Below, piece after piece: positions 10,735-20,501 of a DNA stretch of 64,000 nucleotides. The position numbers were made by a program, and so were the translations under genes. The notes beneath the pieces were generated by a model, which searched no databases, was not told the DNA's origin, and was given only the letters and a program-made list of their open reading frames with translations. The stretch lies in sequence record OU343168.1, one strand, 5' to 3'. Every line of letters starts with the position of its first letter. Positions within the stretch are counted from its first letter, which is position 1.

Positions 10735-11748
10735 ATGAGCGCGGGTTATAAAAGCCAATACGTTGATGCCCTCGAACAACACCAGGACCTGATGCAGGCT
10801 CACTCAGAACTCCTTGAGTTGGGCAGTATCATGGGAATGGATGATGTCGAGGGCAGTGAGGCGTTGAAAGAAGCCGCCATGGACAGTTTGTCTTCGGTAG
10901 GTCGGGGTTTGTTCAGTGTGAGTAAATGGGTCGGGGGTAAAGCGATTGATGGCTTTATTCGTGGTATGACGACCGCAGGTAATCAACTGAACAAGAGTTT
11001 CAATGACAACCAAGGACTTATTAAAAATGTCCTTAAAGACGCTGGTAAGGTGGCTGACAAAGATATTCAGGTTACTGGCAAGAAGATTGGACTGATTACC
11101 GCGACCGGTAATCCTGACCGTATTCTCCACGACATGGAACTCCTGGTTAAGGACCTCGAAGTCGTTGAACAGCACGCCAAAGACCTGATGGGGTTCTTGG
11201 ACCGTGAATTGGTGACCTTGAAGCAGTTGAAATCGGCTAAGAAGTCCGAAGACATTCACAAGGTCATTGACGCGTTCAACGGGTTGGAATACCCGGTTAT
11301 GAAGTTCGCTGACCGGTTGGATAAGGCGTATAAGTCTGAGGTGCTACCGGGCGGTCGTTTCTTCCTCTTCAAACAGGAAGAAGACGATAAACCTGCGGTG
11401 TATTCCATTGGGGGTGAACCGCACGAAGGGGAAGGGGTGACCCTGAACCTGTCTAAAACCGAGGTCACTGACATCCTGAATAAACTCGGGAAGGTCAATG
11501 CGTTGCACTTGCGGGTTAAGGCATCGTATGAGAGTTATCTCGGATTCATCAAATCTTGGGCTGAAATGGTCAAAGGTGTTGATGGTAACTTGAGTCAACT
11601 CGATCAAGTGAGTAAGACGGTAATAGGCGAAGCTGAGAAGCTAATGGCCGGGAACATGGGAGCGCTCGCATTTTATAGCGGATTCACTCCTCGTGTGGTC
11701 GGTTATACCGATAAGTACATTCATGGTGTACTTGGGGTATTCGCTTGA
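10735..11748 (+). CDS. internal head protein, gp93-97-like paralog
   Basis: ATG 10735 after GAGGGT; EGSEA motif followed by an amphipathic helix. Confidence 0.6.
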   Translation: MSAGYKSQYVDALEQHQDLMQAHSELLELGSIMGMDDVEGSEALKEAAMDSLSSVGRGLFSVSKWVGGKAIDGFIRGMTTAGNQLNKSFNDNQGLIKNVLKDAGKVADKDIQVTGKKIGLITATGNPDRILHDMELLVKDLEVVEQHAKDLMGFLDRELVTLKQLKSAKKSEDIHKVIDAFNGLEYPVMKFADRLDKAYKSEVLPGGRFFLFKQEEDDKPAVYSIGGEPHEGEGVTLNLSKTEVTDILNKLGKVNALHLRVKASYESYLGFIKSWAEMVKGVDGNLSQLDQVSKTVIGEAEKLMAGNMGALAFYSGFTPRVVGYTDKYIHGVLGVFA

Positions 11749-11800
11749 TTTGTTTATAAACAATCATTTCATTTCGTTAACGAAACAAAGGAAACAACTC

Positions 11801-13057
11801 ATGAGTATTCTCGATCGCTACACTGGCATGGAAGAGCTTCTGGAGAACGGCGCGGACAACCTCGAAGATGGTGTGACCGAAGCCGCTGTCGAAGAAGTTC
11901 GTGCTGACATCGCCGAGGTTGTGGCAGAGGTAGAACAGGTCGCGGCTGAAGTCGAAGAACTGCGTGATGACCTGGAAGAGCACGAAGAAGTCGTCGAAGA
12001 ACTGGCTGAAGAAGTCGAAGGCCTGGAAAGCATGCTGAGCTCGGGTCAGTTCAGCTCCGTTGGTTTCGCTCACAGCTACAACAAGGCCCTGCGCCTGAAC
12101 GCCAAGCTGGGCGGCCAATCCTTCGAACGCCTGGGTGCGGAATCCATCTCCGACGCTGCCACCGCCAAGATCGCTTCGGTGACCGGCGTTGAAGCCTTCA
12201 TGGACACCGTGAAGAACGCCGGTAAGAAAGCCGCCGAGTTCATCAAGGCGATCTTCAACACCGTCATCAACTTCTTCGTGGGTCTGTTCAGCACCGCTGC
12301 CGGTATCGACCGTCGTCGCGCTCAACTCGCCGACAAACTCGGTAAAGCCGACAAGCTGAAAGAGAAAGTCAAGCTGGGCAAATGGAACATCGGTGTCGAC
12401 TACGCCAAGAACGGCGCGGACATCCTGGACAAAGGTCCGTTTACCAAAGTCCTGAGCGAATCCCTGCCGGCTTTCATCGACATCGGCAAGAACCTCGACG
12501 GCGTCAACGCCTCCCAGTTCAAGACCGCCTACAACAGCCTGGTCGCTGACGTCAAAGCCGTTGTGAAAGAAACCGGTGGCAATGCCACTGAGAAAGGTTC
12601 CGGTGACAAGCGTCAAGTCCTGGCTGCACGCGCCGGCTTCGGTATCTACCTGACCTACGAAGAGAAGGTCGATACCGATGAAGAAGTCCTGGCTGCCGCG
12701 CGTTCCGTCAAGCTGTCCTTCGGCAAGAACAAGGACGCTGCCGAGTTCGCCAAAGGTGAAGTGGCTGTCAAGGCAACCAAAGCACAACTGGAAAGCCTGC
12801 TGAAAACTGTGAGCGCTACTGTATTCGTTCTGAAAGACAGCAAGATCAGCCAGAAGTTCTCCAAGGCTGAACGTGACCGTGTCGTCGGCACCCTGAACGC
12901 CAAAGGTGGTGACAAGGACGCCAAGGCCGGCACCGACAAGGCGATCAAACTGGTGCGTGCGCTGTACAGCACCGGTGCAAGCCTGACCCAGTCGGTCAAC
13001 CGTCTGCTGGCTTACCAAGCCAAGCAATCGCTGGATCTGGTTGCGGCTCACCTGTAA
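11801..13057 (+). CDS. abundant internal head (ejection) protein, gp93-97-like paralog
   Basis: ATG 11801 after AAGGA; very acidic coiled propeptide; TGVEAF followed by an amphipathic helix; strong C-ending codon bias as in the capsid gene. Confidence 0.7.
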   Translation: MSILDRYTGMEELLENGADNLEDGVTEAAVEEVRADIAEVVAEVEQVAAEVEELRDDLEEHEEVVEELAEEVEGLESMLSSGQFSSVGFAHSYNKALRLNAKLGGQSFERLGAESISDAATAKIASVTGVEAFMDTVKNAGKKAAEFIKAIFNTVINFFVGLFSTAAGIDRRRAQLADKLGKADKLKEKVKLGKWNIGVDYAKNGADILDKGPFTKVLSESLPAFIDIGKNLDGVNASQFKTAYNSLVADVKAVVKETGGNATEKGSGDKRQVLAARAGFGIYLTYEEKVDTDEEVLAAARSVKLSFGKNKDAAEFAKGEVAVKATKAQLESLLKTVSATVFVLKDSKISQKFSKAERDRVVGTLNAKGGDKDAKAGTDKAIKLVRALYSTGASLTQSVNRLLAYQAKQSLDLVAAHL

Positions 13058-13088
13058 GGTCGAGCGTTAGGATCTATTCCTAGAGGTA

Positions 13089-13120
13089 CTACAGGTAGGG
13101 GGATCTCCCCCTACCTGTAG
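13089..13120. terminator. 14-bp hairpin
   Basis: ctacaggtaggggg-atct-ccccctacctgtag, followed by cctttatgtcg. Confidence 0.75.
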
Positions 13121-13184
13121 CCTTTATGTCGCAATACTGTAATTTCGATGCTATGTACTCAACTTGACTATTAGGTTGTTAACG

Positions 13185-14231
13185 ATGAATACGCATCCTG
13201 TAGCACCCCTCCGATACGTGAATTCACCGACGGTGTATGAAGAGTATGAGGAGGATAGGGAGGGCTATGATCTAGTCAGCGACGAAACGACTATGGTTGC
13301 ACTCTCCAGAGAGAACGACAAGATCAGTGGATTAGAAAGTGTCTACAACTACGTTCTCCACCGACATCAGAATCGGTTGACTGCTTCGACCGGTACTGAG
13401 GGGTTTATTGATTCCGTTAAACACGGTATCAGTAAACTCATTCAAGTGGTTAAGGATTTCTTCAAGTGGATTTGGAGTTTCTTTGGGACCAAAGGGAAAG
13501 CCCTGAAAGACAAAGGAGATGAACTGGAGGTCGCTCTTAAAGCCAATGGTGTACGGGAGGATGACATTCCGTATCCCAAAGCCGCCTTTTATATCTTCCC
13601 TAAAACGGGCAGGTTACCGTCGAATGTGGGGTGGGTAGGTACCGTCATCGGGGATATTGAGGGTGGGATTAAGACGATTGAACGGTACAGTTCAAGTGTG
13701 GGGAACTTCTGTAAGGAATTGGGTCGTCTGATTGACCATTCGAAATACGCAGAATTCACCACCAAACAGAGTGCCTTCTACCAAGAGGTTAAAGGCCTGT
13801 TAGGGGTGAATGCGAACCAGGAAGCCACCCTGGTGGTTAAAGATGACCTGGTCGTGGGTAAGAACACCGTGGACGTGACGATTAACCTGACGCGGGAACT
13901 GGGTGTCTTGTCGAATGATCGAGTGAAGAACGCGACCTTTAAGACCAATGTCTCGCAGGTGCGTGAACTCCTGGTCAAGCACAATCACCTAACAGAATCC
14001 CTCAAGGACATGAACACCAAGGTCCATTCATTGGAGAATGACTTTGTAACGGCGTTAATGGCAAGTTTGGACGTTAAAGAGGTGTCTCCTGAAGCTCAGA
14101 CTGTCATTAAGGAGATGAAAGCCGTGATTCGTAATGCCATGGCGAGTCTTAAAGTCATGGAGACGGAAGTGTACCGGAGTGCTAACGCTGTTTACGCGGT
14201 GTTGGAAGCCGCTGTGAAGAGAAGGAGCTAA
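13185..14231 (+). CDS. internal head protein paralog
   Basis: TGTEGF followed by IDSVKHGISKLIQVVKDFFKWIWSFF, same pattern as the 583 and 11801 genes. Confidence 0.65.
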   Translation: MNTHPVAPLRYVNSPTVYEEYEEDREGYDLVSDETTMVALSRENDKISGLESVYNYVLHRHQNRLTASTGTEGFIDSVKHGISKLIQVVKDFFKWIWSFFGTKGKALKDKGDELEVALKANGVREDDIPYPKAAFYIFPKTGRLPSNVGWVGTVIGDIEGGIKTIERYSSSVGNFCKELGRLIDHSKYAEFTTKQSAFYQEVKGLLGVNANQEATLVVKDDLVVGKNTVDVTINLTRELGVLSNDRVKNATFKTNVSQVRELLVKHNHLTESLKDMNTKVHSLENDFVTALMASLDVKEVSPEAQTVIKEMKAVIRNAMASLKVMETEVYRSANAVYAVLEAAVKRRS

Positions 14232-14236
14232 AGGCT

Positions 14237-14722
14237 ATGCAGCTTAGCTTATTGAATCAATCTGTTGTGGTGAAAGCCGCATTGGGTGATTGCACTGACA
14301 TTAACCCTCGGTTTGGGATTACTACGAGAGTTAATGATGCAGTGTTCAAATACATCCCTCATGGAGAACTGCGTCAGAGTGTTCTGATTGAGCGCTTGGA
14401 TCTTGGAGAATTCCTGAAGGGGATTCCCCAGGACATTAGCCAGGTGACGTATAAGGAGACCCCTGAGATCGTTGTGAGTCTTCTCCAGGAAAAGCTGGGG
14501 GTGTTCCCAGAGGAACAGGAACCAATTGTTCAACCCAGCACCCCCCTCGTCCTCAAGGAGGATGATCCTCATACCACGTACTTTGAACTCTGGCGGAGTT
14601 TTGTAGGGTTACCCGGTCTCTACCGTCACGAAGTCGACTTGGGCCTGGTTAACGACACTCTCATAATTGACGCACGTTACTCGACGATTTACAAGGGTAA
14701 TGTCACCGTTAAGGTTAAGTAA
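14237..14722 (+). CDS. hypothetical protein, 161 aa
   Basis: ATG after a GGAG RBS; operon continuity. Confidence 0.7.
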   Translation: MQLSLLNQSVVVKAALGDCTDINPRFGITTRVNDAVFKYIPHGELRQSVLIERLDLGEFLKGIPQDISQVTYKETPEIVVSLLQEKLGVFPEEQEPIVQPSTPLVLKEDDPHTTYFELWRSFVGLPGLYRHEVDLGLVNDTLIIDARYSTIYKGNVTVKVK

Positions 14723-14729
14723 GGGGACG

Positions 14730-16139
14730 ATGATGAACGCAGCCTATCGTTTAGGTTTGCTGGGGATGATCCTGGGGGAAGTGGGTAAGGACGTTCTCTC
14801 CGAGGAGAAGACCCCCGAATTGGTTAACTACCTGGAAAAACATGGGGTTAGTCAATTAACTGAAGAACACATCATGGGTCAGATTGTCAACACACTGAAT
14901 ATTATCAGTCGTGAGTTTGACTATTACGACGCCAGTGAGTTGAAAGTGAATGCTGTCCTGGACCGTTACCTGAAGGAAACCCTGAGCAGTATTGAGAATG
15001 GAATCTATCAATTCCCTCGGGATATTTCCATGCTGATTTGTTCGTTGGGGAATAAGGGTGGTGCATTTATGGAGGCGGAAGGAGTAGGTGCACTGATCAG
15101 CAAGGGTAAAGGGTTGGTCAATTACCTGCTGGAACAGGATGAGGGTAGTTTGAGGAATACCCCAGCTGAGGTGTATTCTGCTACCGCTCGTAAACTGGAA
15201 TACATTGACAAGATTCTGAGTTTGGTGGACATCTTTGTAACCTCTCGCCAGGGGCTGTTGGCGGGCTTGGAAGAATATGCGCCGATGGACTACACCTACC
15301 TCCATCCGATTGAGGTCAATCATTGGGGGGTTCCTGGGTTGGAGTGTGCGGGGGGTGAGACCTGTGAATGCGGGTGTGTGCTCGACCATCCGTTGCACGT
15401 TCTCCAGGGTCTGGAAGATTACCTGGATGGTATTCAAAGCACCGACCGTGATTATTTCCTGACCGTTGCTGAAATGAACGGGGTTAAACTCCGTTCCATT
15501 GAAGGGAGTGAGGGTCAAGTTTTCGACTCCATTAAAGCGGTTGCTCGGAATGCGTACCAAGCGGCTTTGAGTGGGTGGGAACAACTGAAAGCCTGGTACG
15601 AGTCGTCTGAGAAAGAGAAAGCTGACAACGACGCGGTAGCAAAGACTGGGGAGGACAATAAGAAAGCAGTCCAAACCATGCCCACCAAGAATGTCACTAT
15701 CAATGACAAGGCGCGTGAGGGGATTAAGACCCTGGCGGAGAAGGTGGATGTCTCTGGGGCAATGTCTCAGGTTGTGAATCGGCTTCGGACACCCACGGAC
15801 GTAGGGGGCGTGATCGATGGGCTGTTGGGTCTTCTTAGGAAAGAAGAAGTCAACGGTGAGAAACTCCGGGCTGATAAGAAAGCGGTTGATGCCACCCTGG
15901 CTGAATTGAGGAAAGCTTCTCAGCAGACCAGTGGGAACGATGAAGACAAAGAAGCGGTTAGTGCGGCTAAGGCGGCAGTACAGGAAACGGTTAAAGCTGC
16001 TAAAGAAGCCGTTGCGGAGGCCAAGAAGAAGATTGGTGAGCACGATAAGTTGGTTAAAGGTCTTCGTAAAGCCATTAAAGGTATTACACCCCACATCTTT
16101 ATTAAAGAGGGTGGGAACACTGGGGGTACGAACACATGA
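14730..16139 (+). CDS. probable virion head protein with coiled-coil C-terminus
   Basis: ATG 14730/14733 after AAGGGG; repeated GLEE/GLEC/GLED/GSEG motifs; Ala/Lys-rich C-terminal coil. Confidence 0.55.
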   Translation: MMNAAYRLGLLGMILGEVGKDVLSEEKTPELVNYLEKHGVSQLTEEHIMGQIVNTLNIISREFDYYDASELKVNAVLDRYLKETLSSIENGIYQFPRDISMLICSLGNKGGAFMEAEGVGALISKGKGLVNYLLEQDEGSLRNTPAEVYSATARKLEYIDKILSLVDIFVTSRQGLLAGLEEYAPMDYTYLHPIEVNHWGVPGLECAGGETCECGCVLDHPLHVLQGLEDYLDGIQSTDRDYFLTVAEMNGVKLRSIEGSEGQVFDSIKAVARNAYQAALSGWEQLKAWYESSEKEKADNDAVAKTGEDNKKAVQTMPTKNVTINDKAREGIKTLAEKVDVSGAMSQVVNRLRTPTDVGGVIDGLLGLLRKEEVNGEKLRADKKAVDATLAELRKASQQTSGNDEDKEAVSAAKAAVQETVKAAKEAVAEAKKKIGEHDKLVKGLRKAIKGITPHIFIKEGGNTGGTNT

Positions 16140-16891
16140 AGACACTCCATCCACGTGTCTTGGAACAGATCCAAACACAGCTGCCCAAAGACAGCGTTAT
16201 CCTGGGTACTCAACCTGGAGATGAAGACGTCGGGTATGTGGTGGTTCAGTTGAATAACGACGAAACCATACTCCCTATTCCAAAGAAGGATATTGGGGAT
16301 TACATGGGGGTCAGTATTCCTGAACTCCCGGTGGCTGACCAAGAACCGTTGGCTCAGGTGTTTAAACGGCTCAGTAACACGTTTAAACTCTTCCTCGTGG
16401 AAGGGGTGGACTATACGGTTCCAGAAGGGAAAGTAGACCTGCCCAAGAACGCACCCTCTCCTTTCCAGATAGTCACCCTGGAGATCGCTCCGACCAGTAT
16501 CCTGTGGAAAGGACGCCTGGTCCTTAAACTGCTCAATAAAGCCCGCTTAGGACCTTCAGGGGTTCTTAAAGCCACCGACTTGGATACCCCTCGTCTCCAG
16601 ATGGCGTTAAGTTCTAAAATCTTCCAGGGGAATGGGAACCTCTTTACGGAGAACCGGTCTCGGTTGTCTGACACCTTCTGTCAGCAGGTGGTTGATTACC
16701 TGAACATCGTTAAGATCCAGTCGGTTACGGTGGATCGGCTGAAAGGGGGAGAACTGATCGATAACGTATCGGATTGTTTCTCAGGCTTGGTGATCATTAA
16801 GCTTGAGGAGGGTCCTCATCTGTTTATTCGGTACCGTTCCGAAGGGGAAGAAGATCCCCAACCATCGCCCGGTGACGTAGACCCGGAATAA
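16136..16891 (+). CDS. hypothetical protein, 251 aa
   Basis: ATGA overlap with the upstream stop. Confidence 0.7.
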   Translation: MKTLHPRVLEQIQTQLPKDSVILGTQPGDEDVGYVVVQLNNDETILPIPKKDIGDYMGVSIPELPVADQEPLAQVFKRLSNTFKLFLVEGVDYTVPEGKVDLPKNAPSPFQIVTLEIAPTSILWKGRLVLKLLNKARLGPSGVLKATDLDTPRLQMALSSKIFQGNGNLFTENRSRLSDTFCQQVVDYLNIVKIQSVTVDRLKGGELIDNVSDCFSGLVIIKLEEGPHLFIRYRSEGEEDPQPSPGDVDPE

Positions 16892-16908
16892 CCAACGTCT
16901 GGTACTGG

Positions 16909-16939
16909 GGAGGGAGAAGGGGGGAACCCCTCTCCCTCC
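16909..16939. terminator. purine/pyrimidine-segregated hairpin
   Basis: ggagggagaagggggg-aa-cccctctccctcc. Confidence 0.6.
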
Positions 16940-16950
16940 TAGACCACATC

Positions 16951-18459
16951 GTGCAGGCAGTGAATATGCTTAAAACATTTGTTGAATGCGAAGAAAATTA
17001 CGACGCTTATTTGCGTCCTGCGATTTATGATTCCATTAAGGCTGTATTGAACTTCTACGGGTTAGACTCCGCCACCGCCATTTACTACAACGGTGAGAAT
17101 GAGATTGCGAAGACCGTAGGGAGCAATATGAGTGACGGTCCTCACGCGGATCGGTACACGGATGGAATTTTCAGGAACAAGATCTTTATTGTTCCTGAGG
17201 TGAACCGTAGTGAAGCTTGGACGAACCGTCGTCAGATGGTGGAGCGTCCCGTACTGTACAACAAGGAACTGGGTATCCTGTTGTGCCCTACGTTTGAGAA
17301 CAAACGGATTGATGTCAAAGTCGTCTCGATGTTCAACTCAGAGAACACTGCTCGGCAGATGAAAGACCGTATGAACCGGCTCAAGGAGAACCAAGTCGTT
17401 GACTTCACCTTCTCCCCAACGACTCATATGGTCATTAATCCTCCTATTCTGGAATTCCTGGAGGTGATTTACGACCTCTTGAAGAAGAACAACCCGTCAG
17501 TACCTGACCCGTCTGAATGGTTGGGTAAGATGTGGCAATTTCCGGTGCGTGTGATCAGTAACGTAGCGGGTAACCACAAACGGGTAGTTATCCCGCTTAA
17601 ACAGAACCGGGTCGGTATTCAGTTCTCTGAACCCTTTGTAGCGAAGACGAATAAGAGTGCGACCTATGGTCGGTGGGAAGTGGAGTTTACGTACAGCTTC
17701 TTCTTCAATGATTTCATTGGGTGGGAGTTTGAGTATCCCCTGAACATTTATCAGGATGAAATACCCAGTCAGTATATTCCGAGGGTCCAACCTCAACATG
17801 AATTACCGGAGTTCATTAAAGCCGCTCCTGAAGTAGAAGCCGGACGGGAGATTATGTTCCCGGAAGGGTTCAGACACACCCCCTTCTATTTGAAGCTGCC
17901 TAAGCATGACCCTTGGGCGTGGCCTAACTTCGATTGGATGCAACCGGTGATCCAAGCACGACTCAAAGTCGAGGATGAACCCACTCAGGTACTTTGTAAC
18001 CTATTTGATATTCCTGACTTTGTTTGGTACGACAATGCTAAGGCGTATTTACTTCGTCGTCATGCGATTGCCTTCCAGCATTTTGAAACCCCTTTTCTGA
18101 TTCAAGTCTTTGAAAATGACCAGTTAATTGCCCCTGAACACCTGACCCTGGATGAGAAGGGGTCTATAACGCTCCACAGCAGGCCTGCTTTAAACAAAAC
18201 GTATCGAGTAGTGGTAACCCTCGACTATGCGATAAGAGACTATTCTGACGCATTCTGGAGCGATTTAATCGATCATCCTGAAGACTGGGGTATTTTGCCT
18301 CAAATCTTCGATTGGTTCGATTTCAGTGAAGTACCTGAACCGTGGTACTTACACATCAACTACCTCCGGAAACACATCCATAAGGGATGGGGTCGTTGGA
18401 CTGAGCGTTTTAACCGATATGAAATGGGCTTTGGCTTGTGGGCCTACCGGAACGATTAA
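16951..18459 (+). CDS. virion structural protein (phiKZ gp98-like), about 500 aa
   Basis: Long ORF (GTG 16951 or ATG 16966); synteny. Confidence 0.5.
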   Translation: MQAVNMLKTFVECEENYDAYLRPAIYDSIKAVLNFYGLDSATAIYYNGENEIAKTVGSNMSDGPHADRYTDGIFRNKIFIVPEVNRSEAWTNRRQMVERPVLYNKELGILLCPTFENKRIDVKVVSMFNSENTARQMKDRMNRLKENQVVDFTFSPTTHMVINPPILEFLEVIYDLLKKNNPSVPDPSEWLGKMWQFPVRVISNVAGNHKRVVIPLKQNRVGIQFSEPFVAKTNKSATYGRWEVEFTYSFFFNDFIGWEFEYPLNIYQDEIPSQYIPRVQPQHELPEFIKAAPEVEAGREIMFPEGFRHTPFYLKLPKHDPWAWPNFDWMQPVIQARLKVEDEPTQVLCNLFDIPDFVWYDNAKAYLLRRHAIAFQHFETPFLIQVFENDQLIAPEHLTLDEKGSITLHSRPALNKTYRVVVTLDYAIRDYSDAFWSDLIDHPEDWGILPQIFDWFDFSEVPEPWYLHINYLRKHIHKGWGRWTERFNRYEMGFGLWAYRND

Positions 18460-18474
18460 GAAGGAAATGAAACC

Positions 18475-19770
18475 ATGTCTCTGGATATTAACCCTATCGG
18501 AAGGGATATTCCGATTGAACCTGAAACGCCCCGGATCTACAGTGAGACGTATCGACATTCCATTGTGGATTCCGTTTGGCAACCCGAACAGAGCCTGCTC
18601 TCTGAAGTTGAAGGCCGTCCTCGTCTCTGTCAGTACTTCCGTCAATTCCTGAATCCAGGTGAAGAACCTAAACCCTTCTACCCTGGAAACACCGATACGT
18701 ATCAGAGTTACGTGCGTATTGACCGGTTACCCCTCAAGATCGATGGGGATGAGACGTTTAACTTTGATCCTCAGACCGGTGAATCCACCAAGATCTTTAA
18801 CTTCTGGTTTACCACCGATGCCAACCCTATTCGTCATGATGTGTTTATTGTGGATATTGGGGATGGTCGAGCAGGGCTCTTTGCGTGTACGGAACAACCG
18901 GAAATTCGTAATTTCACCGCAAATAAGGTGTACATCGTTACCGCGGTATTGAGGGGTATCCTCGACCAGGAGACGGATGCCATTCTCCAAGGACGGGTGG
19001 TCCAACACCGGGTGTATTCCAAAGATTCTGTACTCCATGGAGGGGCTTCCCTGATTACTAAAGGGGAAGAGGAGGTTGGACAGAAACTCTTCCAGTGGAA
19101 TCAAACCATCGCCAGTCATATCCTGAAACGGTTCTACTGGAACCCTGAACGGACCATTGTGTTCGATAAAAAGGGGACCAATGAGAAGGATAAGGTGTAT
19201 GACCCTTATCTGGTGAACTTCCTGACTGCGTTTATTACCCCGGACATGCGGCAGAACTACCCGCCCATTAACCAGTTCTCGGTTCAGTACGGGGGATTGG
19301 AGTACAGTCGGTGGGGAACGAACAACATTTGGGAAGTGTTGTTGAGGGGGGATTTGAATCTCTTGAAGGTGTGCGACAACAAAGCCGCCTTGGTGGAAGT
19401 GACCCGGTTAATGAACAGCCGGTTGTACGGTAACCTGTCGTCGAGTAAGATCCGGTGGTTCGTGACCACCAACCCTAAGGACTTCATTGCGTATCGGGTT
19501 CATTTCAATATGGATGGGTATCCCATTGTTATTCCCGGGAAACAAGAGGACATTACGTACCTCTTTAGTCAAGGCTTTTACCAAGGGAAACCCGAAGGCG
19601 CCTTTGAGAACCTCCTGTACCGAACCCTTACCACGAAAGTCACGGATCATAAAGAACTCTTAGCCTATTGCGAAGGGTACTTTGATAAGGAACCGGTAGA
19701 ACAACTGTACGAAGGGGCTATTCTGCTGATGCTGCTGAAGTACGCGCGTAAATTTGGAGGTCCGCTATGA
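18475..19770 (+). CDS. virion structural protein (phiKZ gp99-like), 431 aa
   Basis: ATG after AAGGAAGG; DIGDGRAGLF motif; synteny. Confidence 0.5.
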   Translation: MSLDINPIGRDIPIEPETPRIYSETYRHSIVDSVWQPEQSLLSEVEGRPRLCQYFRQFLNPGEEPKPFYPGNTDTYQSYVRIDRLPLKIDGDETFNFDPQTGESTKIFNFWFTTDANPIRHDVFIVDIGDGRAGLFACTEQPEIRNFTANKVYIVTAVLRGILDQETDAILQGRVVQHRVYSKDSVLHGGASLITKGEEEVGQKLFQWNQTIASHILKRFYWNPERTIVFDKKGTNEKDKVYDPYLVNFLTAFITPDMRQNYPPINQFSVQYGGLEYSRWGTNNIWEVLLRGDLNLLKVCDNKAALVEVTRLMNSRLYGNLSSSKIRWFVTTNPKDFIAYRVHFNMDGYPIVIPGKQEDITYLFSQGFYQGKPEGAFENLLYRTLTTKVTDHKELLAYCEGYFDKEPVEQLYEGAILLMLLKYARKFGGPL

Positions 19771-20501
19771 GCATGCCCTTAAGTCGGTATAACACCATAC
19801 GCACCCGACTAATCGAACTCTACAACATTCTGAATAACCGGTCCTTCGATGTGTGGGTAACGCCCGCAATGCTCATGAGTTTGGAAGAACTCCGGGATCG
19901 GGAAGAATACTCCCAGGAGGGGTTCGTTGGGGATCCGAATTACTACAACGAATACCAAGTTCGACGGATGAGTGTTCCCAAGATCATTGATATCCTACCT
20001 AACTTGTCCAGTGAGAAGGATTTGGGATTCAGGGAACCTCAGATTGTGATTCCGTTGATCTACGAATCCATCCAGGAGTACATTTGCCTCTGGTGTGAAC
20101 TTTTTAAGAAAGCTCCGGAGTTTCCGACACCCTCCATTGATGAACTCCGTAAACTAGAACTCCTGGCGTATACCCTCTTTAACTTTTACAAACGGATTAA
20201 ACCGTACCTGGATAAGAAGAAGCTACGGGAACTGGGGGGTGATGTTCAGGAGATTGATAAACGGAACCTAATGCAGTTGTCAGCGCTGTTTAGCATCAAC
20301 GCCATGGGAACCCCTAAAGCAGAGATCAGTTTCGTCAGTCATTTGGATGAACTCTTCGGGGATGAGACGTTGAACCCGGGTCTCTCACTCAGCGAACAGC
20401 CGTATATCACGAACAAAGCTGTAGCGGACAGTTTAGCCGCACAGGATACACCTGAGGATCTTGGGCCTTGGCTGTTCAATAAACCAACAGGAATACTGTG
20501 A
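19767..20501 (+). CDS. hypothetical protein (phiKZ gp100-like position), 244 aa
   Basis: ATGA coupling. Confidence 0.6.
   Translation: MSMPLSRYNTIRTRLIELYNILNNRSFDVWVTPAMLMSLEELRDREEYSQEGFVGDPNYYNEYQVRRMSVPKIIDILPNLSSEKDLGFREPQIVIPLIYESIQEYICLWCELFKKAPEFPTPSIDELRKLELLAYTLFNFYKRIKPYLDKKKLRELGGDVQEIDKRNLMQLSALFSINAMGTPKAEISFVSHLDELFGDETLNPGLSLSEQPYITNKAVADSLAAQDTPEDLGPWLFNKPTGIL

Noticed and set aside
11777-13051. 424-aa ORF antisense to the abundant head-protein gene
   Set aside because: Same shadow-ORF effect in a gene with strong codon bias.
14856-16178. 440-aa antisense ORF, and the many other 60-400-aa ORFs opposite or nested in called genes
   Set aside because: They fully overlap better-supported genes with RBSs and operon coupling, and show no motifs.
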